Below are positions 8,303-16,570 of a DNA stretch of 32,000 bases, piece after piece; position 1 is the stretch's first letter; each line of letters starts with the position of its first letter. The stretch is taken from assembly GCF_000012925.1 (NCBI RefSeq), contig NC_007517.1:510001-542000 (forward strand), given 5' to 3'. This stretch comes from Geobacter metallireducens GS-15. Its GTDB lineage: Bacteria; Desulfobacterota; Desulfuromonadia; Geobacterales; Geobacteraceae. Below the pieces are notes generated by a model that saw only the letters and a list, made by a program, of their open reading frames with translations, was not told the origin of the DNA and did not search any database. Made by a program: the position numbers and the translations under genes.

Positions 8303-9606
8303 AAACCCAGATCGAAATCGCCCGCGAAGGGACCATTTCTTCCCAGATGATGGCCGTGGCAGCCGAAGAGCACGTTTCCCCCGACTATGTCCGGCAGATG
8401 GTCGCCGAAGGGAAGATCGTCATCCCCGGCAACCACAGCCGCAAGCCCCGGGCCGTCGGCATCGGCAAGGGACTGCGCACCAAGGTGAACGCCTCCATCG
8501 GTACCTCCTCCGACATCATCGACTATGGGGCCGAGGTGCGGAAGGCCCTGGCCGCCCAGGAGGCGGGGGCCGACACCCTCATGGAGCTCTCCGTGGGGGG
8601 CGATCTGGACCGGGTGCGGCGGGAGGTGATCGCCGCCGTGGATCTCCCCGTGGGGAACGTCCCCCTCTACCAGGCCTTCTGCGAGGCGGCCCGCAAGTAC
8701 GGTGATCCCAATAAACTGGATCCGGAGATGCTCTTCGACCTGATCGAAAAGCAGTGCGAGGACGGCATGGCCTTCATGGCGGTCCACTGCGGCATCAACC
8801 TCTATACCATCGAGCGCCTGAAGCGGCAGGGGTACCGCTACGGCGGCCTCGTCTCCAAGGGGGGGGTCAGCATGGTGGCCTGGATGATGGCCAACAGGCG
8901 GGAAAATCCCCTCTACGAGCAATTCGACCGGGTAACTTCGATCCTCAGGAAATACGACACGGTCCTCTCGCTGGGGAACGGGCTGCGGGCTGGCGCCATC
9001 CACGACTCCTCGGACCGGGCCCAGATCCAGGAGCTCCTCATTAACTGCGAGCTGGCTGAACTGGGGCGCGAGATGGGGTGCCAGATGCTCGTGGAGGGGC
9101 CGGGGCACGTGCCGCTCGACGAGGTGGAGGGGAACATCCAGCTCCAGAAGCGGATGAGCGGCGGCGCCCCCTACTACATGCTGGGTCCCATCTCCACCGA
9201 CGTGGCCCCCGGCTTCGACCACATCACCGCCGCCATCGGCGCGGCCCAGTCCTCCCGCTACGGCGCCGACCTCATCTGCTACATCACTCCGGCCGAGCAC
9301 CTGGCCCTCCCCAACGAGGAGGATGTCCGCCAGGGGGTGAAGGCAGCGAAGATCGCGGCCTACATCGGCGACATGAACAAGTACCCGGAACGGGGCCGGG
9401 AGCGGGACAAGGAGATGTCCAAGGCCCGCCGCGACCTGGATTGGAAGAAGCAGTTCGAGCTGGCCCTCTTCCCGGAGGATGCCAAAGCCATCCGTGCCAG
9501 CCGCACCCCCGAGGACGAGGCCACCTGCACCATGTGCGGCGACTTCTGCGCCTCGCGCGGGGCGGGGAAGCTTTTTGCGGCGGATCTGCGGGGGGATAAG
9601 ATTTAA
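8299..9606 (+). CDS. bzaF: 5-hydroxybenzimidazole synthase (ThiC-paralogous radical SAM enzyme)
   Basis: ATG 8299 overlaps the cbiA stop (ATGA) and follows AAAGGAG. ThiC-fold sequence throughout ([44 protein letters not shown]). C-terminal CTMCGDFC Fe-S motif. About 435 aa, lacks the long ThiC N-domain, and sits inside a cobamide cluster. Confidence 0.8.
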   Translation: MKTQIEIAREGTISSQMMAVAAEEHVSPDYVRQMVAEGKIVIPGNHSRKPRAVGIGKGLRTKVNASIGTSSDIIDYGAEVRKALAAQEAGADTLMELSVGGDLDRVRREVIAAVDLPVGNVPLYQAFCEAARKYGDPNKLDPEMLFDLIEKQCEDGMAFMAVHCGINLYTIERLKRQGYRYGGLVSKGGVSMVAWMMANRRENPLYEQFDRVTSILRKYDTVLSLGNGLRAGAIHDSSDRAQIQELLINCELAELGREMGCQMLVEGPGHVPLDEVEGNIQLQKRMSGGAPYYMLGPISTDVAPGFDHITAAIGAAQSSRYGADLICYITPAEHLALPNEEDVRQGVKAAKIAAYIGDMNKYPERGRERDKEMSKARRDLDWKKQFELALFPEDAKAIRASRTPEDEATCTMCGDFCASRGAGKLFAADLRGDKI

Positions 9607-9615
9607 GTCGCGAAT

Positions 9616-9737
9616 AACACGGAGAGACGGAGAGCACAGAGAAAAGAGCCGTGCTATGTGAATTATCCAAGGTGCTACCTGCAATTCTCGCATGTGTAAA
9701 ATATGTGGGTGGCGCCGCTATTGGCTCTCTCCGTGTT
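9616..9737. repeat. CACAGAG-type tandem-unit hairpin F1 (bzaF|cbiM)
   Basis: AACACGGAGAGACGGAGAGCACAGAGAAAAGAGCC (9616-9650) and GGCTCTCTCCGTGTT (9723-9737). AACACGGAGAG and CTCTCCGTGTT are an exact 11 bp complement. 72 nt spacer. Confidence 0.6.
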
Positions 9738-9761
9738 GAAAGAAGGTTTATTGAGGTTGTC

Positions 9762-10499
9762 ATGAAAACGGTGCTTTTTATAGGGTGCGTGCTCCTTATT
9801 ATGGCCTCTCCCGCCCATGCCATGCACATCTCCGAGGGAATCCTCCCCTTTGGCTGGGCTGCGCTCTGGTTCGCGGTGGCGGTGCCATTCCTGGCGGTGG
9901 GGCTCAGGCGGCTCAACGAGCTTTCCCGGGACGACCTCTCCATGAAGCCGCTGGTGGGGCTCATGGCGGCGGTGGTCTTTATCATCTCCTGCATGCCGAT
10001 CCCGGTCCCCAGCGCCGGCACCTGTTCCCACCCCTGCGGTACCGGTATCTCGGCCATCCTGGTGGGACCCTTCGTGTCGGTGGCCATCGCCGCGGTGGCA
10101 CTCCTCATTCAGGCGCTCCTCCTGGCCCACGGGGGGCTGTCGACCCTGGGGGCCGACATCGTTTCCATGGGAGTGGTGGGCTCATTCGCGGGGTGGTTTG
10201 TGTTCCAGGGGATGCGCCGGGTGAGGGCGAGCCTTGCCGTGGCGGGGTTCGCGGCGGGGCTTCTTGCCGACTGGGCCACCTATCTGGCCACCTCCGGGGA
10301 GCTGGCCGCCGGTATCCGGGGAAGCGAGCCCTTTATCCCCCTTTTTCTGAAGATTGCCGTGGCCTTCATCCCGACACAGCTTCCCCTGGGGATTCTCGAA
10401 GGGGCCATGACCGCCGGTATGGTGGTGCTCCTCTCCCGCAAGCGGCCCGACCTGCTGGTGAAGATGCGGGTGCTCCGGGCCGAAGAGGTGGCGGCGTGA
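9762..10499 (+). CDS. cbiM: Cobalt ECF transporter substrate-capture component CbiM
   Basis: ATG 9762 after GAGGT. Signal peptide ...SPAHA then MHISEGILP (the mature N-terminal Met-His needed for metal binding). SCMPIPVP...HPCGTGISAIL. Confidence 0.9.
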   Translation: MKTVLFIGCVLLIMASPAHAMHISEGILPFGWAALWFAVAVPFLAVGLRRLNELSRDDLSMKPLVGLMAAVVFIISCMPIPVPSAGTCSHPCGTGISAILVGPFVSVAIAAVALLIQALLLAHGGLSTLGADIVSMGVVGSFAGWFVFQGMRRVRASLAVAGFAAGLLADWATYLATSGELAAGIRGSEPFIPLFLKIAVAFIPTQLPLGILEGAMTAGMVVLLSRKRPDLLVKMRVLRAEEVAA

Positions 10500-10777
10500 G
10501 GATTTTTTTGCTGGTTGCGGTACTCTGGGGTGGTGTAGTGTTGGGCGGCTGGGCGGCCGCCGGCGACAAGTGGCCGGGGGTCGACGAGACAGTGGTGGAA
10601 AAAATCGCCAGGGAGCAGGGGCGGAGAGCCCATGCCCCCCTCATTAATACCGACCAGGGTGACCTTCTGCTTTTCGCTTTCCTGGCAGCCGGTGCCGTTG
10701 GGGGATTCGCGGCGGGATACTGGTGGCGGATGCTCGTCACGGAAAAAGGGAACGGTTCGAAGCGGGGAGAACCATAA
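10496..10777 (+). CDS. cbiN: Cobalt transport protein CbiN
   Basis: GTG 10496 overlaps the cbiM stop (GTGA). 93 aa, two TM helices flanking GVDETVVEKIA...PLINTDQGDLLLFAFLAAGAVGGFAAGY, resembling the CbiN ...GE.ESLLFALQAA.G motif. Positioned between cbiM and cbiQ. Confidence 0.7.
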   Translation: MRIFLLVAVLWGGVVLGGWAAAGDKWPGVDETVVEKIAREQGRRAHAPLINTDQGDLLLFAFLAAGAVGGFAAGYWWRMLVTEKGNGSKRGEP

Positions 10778-10779
10778 CC

Positions 10780-11532
10780 ATGCACCGACTCTCGCACCCC
10801 GTATCGACCCCAAATCCCGTCACCCTGCTCGACCCCCGCGTGAAGCTCGTTTCGGCCCTGGCGCTTCTCGTGATGGTGGTCAGCTGCACGGGGTTCGCCT
10901 TTCCGCTCCTGGCGGCGGCCCTGGGCCTTGCACTCTGCCTCTGGCTGGGAGTACCGGCGCAGCTGATCCTCGTGCGGTTTGCCGAGCCCCTTTTCATCGC
11001 GGCGGTGGTGCTCCTCCTCAAAACTTTCTTCAGTGGCACCGAGCCCCTGTTCAGCGTCCATCCCTTCGGCCTGGAGATCGTGGCCCACCGCGACGGCCTC
11101 GCCGAGGGGGGCGCCATCGCGGCCCGGATCGCCGGCGCCGTGGCGGTGGTGGCGGCGGTGGGGTTCGCCACCCCCTTCACCGACCTCATGGCAGCGCTCG
11201 CGTGGCTGAGGGTTCCCCAAGGGCTCATCGATGTGGCCCTCTTTGCCTGGCGTTACCTCTTCGTCCTCTTCGACGACGCCCAGGTGGTCTACGCTGCCCA
11301 GCGGAACCGCCTTGGCTACGCCGGTTTCCGGCGGGGGTTGCGCTCCTTCGGGATGCTGGCCGGCGCCCTGGTCATCAAGGCCTTTGACACGAGCCAGACC
11401 ATCACCACCGCCATGGTGCAGCGGGGGTACGACGGGAACCTTCCCCTCTTGAAGCACCGTCCTTTCAGGGCCGAGGAGGCGACTGCATCGGTTCTCTTCG
11501 TGGCGGCCATGGGGATGTTGCGGTGGCTATAG
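10780..11532 (+). CDS. cbiQ: ECF transporter transmembrane (T) component CbiQ
   Basis: ATG 10780. LDPRVKLV..., ...AAQRNRLGY..., FDTSQTITTAMVQRGY are typical CbiQ/EcfT motifs. Confidence 0.85.
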   Translation: MHRLSHPVSTPNPVTLLDPRVKLVSALALLVMVVSCTGFAFPLLAAALGLALCLWLGVPAQLILVRFAEPLFIAAVVLLLKTFFSGTEPLFSVHPFGLEIVAHRDGLAEGGAIAARIAGAVAVVAAVGFATPFTDLMAALAWLRVPQGLIDVALFAWRYLFVLFDDAQVVYAAQRNRLGYAGFRRGLRSFGMLAGALVIKAFDTSQTITTAMVQRGYDGNLPLLKHRPFRAEEATASVLFVAAMGMLRWL

Positions 11533-12365
11533 CGCGCCTCTCCGTGGATATTCGGGCCTTCACCTACCCCGACGGCACCCGGGCCCTGGCCGACATCCGG
11601 TTTGAGGTGGGAAAGGGTGAATTCTGCGGCATCCTCGGCTCCAACGGGTCGGGGAAGACGACCCTTCTCAGGATCATGGACGGCCTCGTCAAGGATTACG
11701 ATGGCCAGGTGCTCCTGGACGGCCGGGACGTGCGGAAGCTCCATCCCCGGGATATCTACCGGACCGTGGGGCTCGTCTTCCAGAATCCCGACGACCAGCT
11801 TTTCGCCCACACGGTCTTCGAGGATGTGGCCTTCGGCCCCCGCAACATGGGGTTTGGGGAGGCGGCGGTGAAGGGGCGGGTGGAGGAGGCTCTGGCCGCG
11901 GTGGAGATGGGGGAGCTGGCCGGCAAGAATATCCACGCCCTCAGCTACGGCCAGAAGAAGCGGGTCTGCATTGCCGGGCTCCTGGCCATGGGGCATGAGG
12001 TGCTCCTTATGGACGAGCCCACCGCCGGCCTCGATCCCATGGGGGAGTACCGGATGATGGAGCTCCTGACGCGGCTCAACCGCGACCAGGGGGTGACCGT
12101 CGTCATGGCGACCCACTCGGTGGATCTGGTCCCCCTTTTCCTCCACCGGCTCCACATCCTGAGCCGGGGGAAGATCGTCCGGAGTGGCCCCCCCGAGGAG
12201 GTCTTCACCGCACCAGCCGAACTGGAAAGCGTCAAGCTGCGGCTTCCCCACATCGCCGAGCTGATTCACCGGCTGAAGCACGAGGACGGCCTTCCCTTCC
12301 GGCGGCTTCCTCTCACCATTGGCGAGGCCCGGCGGGAGATCGTGGAAATACTGCAAAAACATTAG
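11523..12365 (+). CDS. cbiO: ECF transporter ATPase CbiO
   Basis: GTG 11523 overlapping the cbiQ end. Walker A GSNGSGKTT, signature LSYGQKKR, Walker B LLMDEPTAGLD. Confidence 0.9.
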   Translation: MAIARLSVDIRAFTYPDGTRALADIRFEVGKGEFCGILGSNGSGKTTLLRIMDGLVKDYDGQVLLDGRDVRKLHPRDIYRTVGLVFQNPDDQLFAHTVFEDVAFGPRNMGFGEAAVKGRVEEALAAVEMGELAGKNIHALSYGQKKRVCIAGLLAMGHEVLLMDEPTAGLDPMGEYRMMELLTRLNRDQGVTVVMATHSVDLVPLFLHRLHILSRGKIVRSGPPEEVFTAPAELESVKLRLPHIAELIHRLKHEDGLPFRRLPLTIGEARREIVEILQKH

Positions 12366-12467
12366 CCACAGAGGACACAGAGCGCACAGAGAATGGCTTT
12401 TGGCCCATGAGTCTTGGAAAACGGAGTTTGTTTCCTTTTTCTCTGTGTCCTCTGTGATCTCTGTGGC
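12365..12467. repeat. CACAGAG-type tandem-unit hairpin F2 (cbiO|cbiX)
   Basis: GCCACAGAG-GA-CACAGAG-CG-CACAGAGAA (12365-12393) vs TTCTCTGTG-TC-CTCTGTG-AT-CTCTGTGGC (12439-12467). Complementary except for the 2 nt inter-unit spacers. 45 nt loop. Confidence 0.85.
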
Positions 12468-12483
12468 AAAGAATGGAGTGCTC

Positions 12484-12867
12484 ATGAAAACCGCAATTTT
12501 ACTGATGGCCCACGGGAGCCGCATTGCCGAGGCTAACAACGCCGTGCGGGAGATCGCCGCCATGGTAAAGGAAATGACCGGCTACGACATCGTTGAGGTG
12601 TCGTTCCGGGAACAGCACCTTCCCAACATCCAGGAGGGGATCGACGCTTGCGTGGCGAAAGGGGCGAGGCGGGTGCTGCTGATGCCCTACTTCCTCTTCG
12701 TGGGGGCCCACGTCCAGGAGGACCTTCCCGAGGAGATGGCCCAGGCCCGGGAGCGCTACCCCAAAGTCGAATTCGCCATGGGGCCGCACCTTGGTGTTCA
12801 CCGCAAGCTGGCCGAGGTGGAAGTGGAGCGGATCGCCGAGGCCCTCACCGCCACGGGGTGGCACTGA
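12484..12867 (+). CDS. cbiX: Sirohydrochlorin cobaltochelatase, small CbiX(S) type
   Basis: 127 aa. ILLMAHGSR, LLMPYFLFVGAHV are CbiX motifs. ATG 12484 after GGAG. Confidence 0.8.
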   Translation: MKTAILLMAHGSRIAEANNAVREIAAMVKEMTGYDIVEVSFREQHLPNIQEGIDACVAKGARRVLLMPYFLFVGAHVQEDLPEEMAQARERYPKVEFAMGPHLGVHRKLAEVEVERIAEALTATGWH

Positions 12868-13511
12868 TGTCGGTCCACCTCGCCCCCGAGGAGATCGAGG
12901 CCGAATCGTTCCGCCTCATCGATGAAGAAGTGGGAACCCATCACTGGGGGCCTGCCGAGTGGCCGGTGGTGCGGCGGGCGATCCACACGAGCGCCGATTT
13001 CGACTACGTCCGCACCATGGTCTTCTCCCCCCGGGCCGTTGCCCGTGGCGTGGCGGCCCTGCGACAAGGGCGGGGGATCGTCACCGACACCACCATGGCC
13101 CTGTCGGGGATAGCCAAGCCGCGGCTCAAGCGTTTCGGCCTCGGCGCCGCCTGCTTCGTGGCCGACCCGGAGGTGGCCCGGGAGGCGAAGGCGCTCGGCA
13201 TTACCCGTTCTATTGTGGCCATGCGCAAGGGTGCGGCAGACGGAGGGAACGGCATCTTCGTCATCGGCAACGCCCCCACGGCCCTCTTCGAACTGTTGCG
13301 TCTCATCCGCGAGGAAGGGGTGCGTCCGGCGCTGATCGTGGGGCTGCCGGTGGGGTTCGTGGGGGCCGCAGAGAGCAAGGAGGCCCTTCTGGCCCTGGAG
13401 GATGAGTTTCCCGACATCCCCTTCATCACCAACCGGGGGCGCAAGGGGGGGTCCAACGTGGCCGCTGCCGTGGTGAATGCGCTCCTGATCCTGGCGGAGG
13501 AGGCGGGGTAG
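12867..13511 (+). CDS. cbiC: Cobalt-precorrin-8 methylmutase
   Basis: ATG 12867 overlaps the cbiX stop (TGATG). IHTSADFDY, IVTDTTMA, FVIGNAPTAL, GLPVGFVGAAESK are CbiC/CobH signatures. Confidence 0.9.
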   Translation: MSVHLAPEEIEAESFRLIDEEVGTHHWGPAEWPVVRRAIHTSADFDYVRTMVFSPRAVARGVAALRQGRGIVTDTTMALSGIAKPRLKRFGLGAACFVADPEVAREAKALGITRSIVAMRKGAADGGNGIFVIGNAPTALFELLRLIREEGVRPALIVGLPVGFVGAAESKEALLALEDEFPDIPFITNRGRKGGSNVAAAVVNALLILAEEAG

Positions 13512-13535
13512 GGTGACTCCTGCCGGCCACGTTCC

Positions 13536-14645
13536 ATGAACACGAAACCACTCCGTCACGGTTACACCACCGGCGCCTGTGCCGCCGCCGCCGCCAAGGG
13601 GGCAGCCCGGATGCTCCGGGAGCAGCGTCCCGTGGAGGAGGTGGAGCTCGTCCTTCCCAAAGGAGAGCGGGTCGCTTTTCGCCTCCATGGCCAGGAATTC
13701 GATGACAGCGCCGCCTCCTGCTTCGTGGTGAAGGACGCGGGGGACGACCCCGACGTGACCAACGGCGCCGAGATCCACGCCCGGGTCCGGCGCGAGCCCC
13801 TGAACCGCTCCGGCGCCCGGACCATGGTCTTCGTGGATGGCGGGAAGGGGGTCGGCACGGTGACCAAACCGGGGCTCGGGGTGGGGGTGGGGAATCCGGC
13901 CATCAACCCGGTGCCGATGCGGATGATCACCGAGGGGGTGAAGGAAGAGTTCTCCGTCGTCTGCCTTCCCCAGGTTCTCCACGTCACCATCTCCATCCCC
14001 AACGGCGAGGAACTGGCGAAGAAGACCCTCAATGCCCGCCTCGGCATCGTGGGGGGGCTCTCCATCCTCGGCACCACCGGCATCGTGCGCCCCATCTCCG
14101 CCAAGGCCTGGACCGATACCCTCGATGCGGCCCTGGACGTGGCCCGGGCCTGCGGCTGCGAAACGATTGTCCTCTCCACGGGGAGGACCAGCGAGTTGGT
14201 GGCTATACATGCCGGGATCGGGGACCGGGGACCGGGGACCGGGAAAACCTTGCCCGAAGAGGCCTATGTGATGATGGGGGACCACGTGGGGTACGCGCTC
14301 CGGGCCTGCGCCCGCAAGGGGGTGCGTCACGTTATCCTGGTGGGGCAGTTCGCCAAGCTCCTCAAGATTGCCTGCGGCCACGAGCAGACCCACGTCTCCT
14401 CCTCGGAGCTGGATCTGCAAATGCTGGCGGAGTGGCTTCACGAATTGGGTTCCCGGTCCCCGGTCCCCGGCCCCTGGTCCCGGTACAACACCGCCCGCCA
14501 GGTGCTGGAGGAGTCGGGTAACGACTCGCTCTTCATGGAGCTCGTCTGTACCCGGGCCCGTGATGCGGCCCGGCGCCTGGCCCCTTCCCTCGACATCAAG
14601 GTTTTGCTGGCAGGGTACGATTCAACGGTGCTATATTTCGGGTAA
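13536..14645 (+). CDS. cbiD: Cobalt-precorrin-5B (C1)-methyltransferase
   Basis: 369 aa. LRHGYTTGACAAAAAKGA, DAGDDPDVTNG, NPAINPVP, GGLSILGTTGIVRP. Contains two in-frame heptamer-repeat arms (see repeats B+ and B-). Confidence 0.9.
   Translation: MNTKPLRHGYTTGACAAAAAKGAARMLREQRPVEEVELVLPKGERVAFRLHGQEFDDSAASCFVVKDAGDDPDVTNGAEIHARVRREPLNRSGARTMVFVDGGKGVGTVTKPGLGVGVGNPAINPVPMRMITEGVKEEFSVVCLPQVLHVTISIPNGEELAKKTLNARLGIVGGLSILGTTGIVRPISAKAWTDTLDAALDVARACGCETIVLSTGRTSELVAIHAGIGDRGPGTGKTLPEEAYVMMGDHVGYALRACARKGVRHVILVGQFAKLLKIACGHEQTHVSSSELDLQMLAEWLHELGSRSPVPGPWSRYNTARQVLEESGNDSLFMELVCTRARDAARRLAPSLDIKVLLAGYDSTVLYFG
14211..14249. repeat. GGGGACC-heptamer arm B+ inside cbiD
   Basis: GCCGGGATCGGGGACCGGGGACCGGGGACCGGGAAAACC, translated GIGDRGPGTGKT. 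Four G-runs separated by 3 nt. Confidence 0.85.
14447..14486. repeat. GGTCCCC-heptamer arm B- inside cbiD (inverted partner of B+)
   Basis: GGGTTCCCGGTCCCCGGTCCCCGGCCCCTGGTCCCGGTAC, translated GSRSPVPGPWSRY. About 200 nt downstream of B+. Confidence 0.85.
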
Positions 14646-14681
14646 AATTTCGGCATGGAAACCTTCGTCGGGGAGAATGTC

Positions 14682-14999
14682 ATGACAGAGCCTCGTATCC
14701 ATATCCCGCGAGACAGAATCATAGAATTCTGCCAGCGGTGGAAGATCACGGAGTTTTCACTTTTCGGCTCGGTGCTCCGCGACGATTTCCGGCCCGACAG
14801 CGATGTTGACGTGCTGATTTCCTTTGCCCCGGACGCCGCATGGACCCTGCTCGACCATGTGGATATGCAGGACGAGCTCCAGACGATCTTCGGCCGGAGC
14901 GTGGATCTCGTGAGCCGCAAGGGGATAGAGCGAAGCCGGAACGAAGTGCGGCGCAAAGCCATTCTTGAGTCAGCGGAGATCTTCTATGAAGCCGCGTGA
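14682..14999 (+). CDS. MNT-type nucleotidyltransferase (type VII antitoxin, MntA-like)
   Basis: FGSVLRDDFRPDSDVDVLISF is the GSxxR...DxD minimal nucleotidyltransferase motif. ATG 14682 after GGGGAGA (ATG 14655 is an alternative). The stop overlaps the downstream HEPN gene by 14 nt. Confidence 0.8.
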   Translation: MTEPRIHIPRDRIIEFCQRWKITEFSLFGSVLRDDFRPDSDVDVLISFAPDAAWTLLDHVDMQDELQTIFGRSVDLVSRKGIERSRNEVRRKAILESAEIFYEAA

Positions 15000-15336
15000 C
15001 CTGGCTTCGCTCGTTGACATCATCGAAGCCGCTCGTTTGGCCCGGAGTTTCCTGGCTGGAATCGCCAAGAATAATTTCGATTCGAATCTGATGGTCCAGT
15101 CCGCCGTCATACGCCAGATCGAGGTCATGGGGGAGGCGACGAAGCGACTCTCGGAGGAGTTCCGAAATGACCATCCCCATGTCCCCTGGCGCAAGATCGC
15201 CGGCATGCGGGATATTCTGATCCACGCCTACGATCATGTGGACCCGGATGAAGTCTGGAATGTCGTGACGGGTGCCATGCCCGGGCTCCTCGAGCAGCTC
15301 GAACTGCTCCTGAAATCACAACGATTGGATGGTTAA
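14986..15336 (+). CDS. HepT-like HEPN/DUF86 toxin
   Basis: RDILIHAYDHV is the Rx4HxY HEPN RNase motif. DUF86-like helices (QSAVIRQIEVMGEA). ATG 14986 overlaps the MNT gene. Confidence 0.8.
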   Translation: MKPRDLASLVDIIEAARLARSFLAGIAKNNFDSNLMVQSAVIRQIEVMGEATKRLSEEFRNDHPHVPWRKIAGMRDILIHAYDHVDPDEVWNVVTGAMPGLLEQLELLLKSQRLDG

Positions 15337-15352
15337 TAAAGGAGGTTCCCCC

Positions 15353-16570
15353 ATGCCTCACCAGAAAATCTACCTTGTCGGCGCAGGCATCGAAGGGTGG
15401 GAAGGGTTCGGCGCCAAGGCCCTGGAGGTCATCGGCAAGGCTGAGGTTCTCGTCGGCCACAAGCGGCACCTGGATATCTTCTCCGACTTCACCGGGAAGA
15501 AGCAGGAGCTGGGTGACCTCTCCATCCTCCTGGAGCAGCTCAGGAGCACCGACAAGCGGACCGTGGTCCTCGGTTCCGGCGACCCGAACTTTTTCGGCAT
15601 CGCCCGGTTCCTGCTCCGCAACCTTCCCAAGGAGCGGATCGAGATCTTCCCCAACGTGACGAGCGTCCAGTACGCCTTTGCCCAGATCAAGGAGCCGTGG
15701 GACGACGCCATCTTCGTCTCGGTCCACGGCCGGGGGCTCAAGGGGGCCGTGGACCGGATCGTGGCCGCCGAGAAGGTGGCGGTCCTCACCGACAAGACCA
15801 ACTCCCCGGCGGCCATCGCCCGGGAGCTCATCGCCCGGGGTGCCGAGGGGTACGAGGCGTGGCTCTGCGAGAACCTGGGGCTCCCCGGCGAGAAGTTCAC
15901 CAGGACCGACGTGAAGGGGCTCCTGGAGCTGCCGGCGGCGGAACTGAACATCCTCATCCTCATCAAGGCCTGGGAACCCCAGCTGGCCCAGTACCCGGTC
16001 ATCGGCATCGACGACGACGAGTTCGCCACCGCCAAGAAGCTCATCACCAAGCAGGAGGTACGGGCCGTGACCCTGTCGAAGCTTCGGCTCCAGGATGACC
16101 TCGTTATGTGGGACATCGGCGCCGGGAGCGCTTCCGTCTCCATCGAAGCATCGAATCTCATGCCCAACGGCCGCATCTTCGCCCTGGAGAGGAATCCCCA
16201 GTACCTCGGCTTCATCCGCGATAACCTGAAAAAGTTCGTGGCCCGCAACGTGACCCTCGTGGAGGCCTTCGCCCCCGAGGGGCTCGACGATCTCCCGGAC
16301 CCGGACCGGGTCTTCATCGGCGGTTCCGGCGGCATGCTGGAAGAGATCATCGATGCCGTGGACCGGCGCCTCAAGTCCGAGGGGGTCATCGTCCTCAACG
16401 CCGTGACCCTCGACACCCTCACCAAGGCGGTGGAGTTTCTGGAGGACCACGGCTACATGGTGGAGGTGGCCTGCGTGAACGTGGCCAAGACCAAGGGGCT
16501 CACCGAGTACAAGATGTTCGAGTCCCACAATCCTGTCTATATCATCACCGCCTGGAAGAGTGACGAATGA
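15353..16570 (+). CDS. cbiET: Cobalt-precorrin-6B/7 C5,C15-methyltransferase (decarboxylating), CbiE-CbiT fusion
   Basis: ATG 15353 after AAAGGAGG. N-terminal tetrapyrrole methylase fold (IYLVGAGIEG..., VVLGSGDPNFFG). C-terminal CbiT SAM-MTase (MWDIGAGSASVSIE). Confidence 0.85.
   Translation: MPHQKIYLVGAGIEGWEGFGAKALEVIGKAEVLVGHKRHLDIFSDFTGKKQELGDLSILLEQLRSTDKRTVVLGSGDPNFFGIARFLLRNLPKERIEIFPNVTSVQYAFAQIKEPWDDAIFVSVHGRGLKGAVDRIVAAEKVAVLTDKTNSPAAIARELIARGAEGYEAWLCENLGLPGEKFTRTDVKGLLELPAAELNILILIKAWEPQLAQYPVIGIDDDEFATAKKLITKQEVRAVTLSKLRLQDDLVMWDIGAGSASVSIEASNLMPNGRIFALERNPQYLGFIRDNLKKFVARNVTLVEAFAPEGLDDLPDPDRVFIGGSGGMLEEIIDAVDRRLKSEGVIVLNAVTLDTLTKAVEFLEDHGYMVEVACVNVAKTKGLTEYKMFESHNPVYIITAWKSDE

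Noticed and set aside
9607-9761. A second cobalamin riboswitch or a NikR/metal operator upstream of cbiM
   Set aside because: No B12 box, no GCCACTG and no GGGAAG core elements are present. The only symmetry (AACACGGAGAG / CTCTCCGTGTT) has ~100 nt between half-sites, which fits the hairpin-repeat family rather than an operator.
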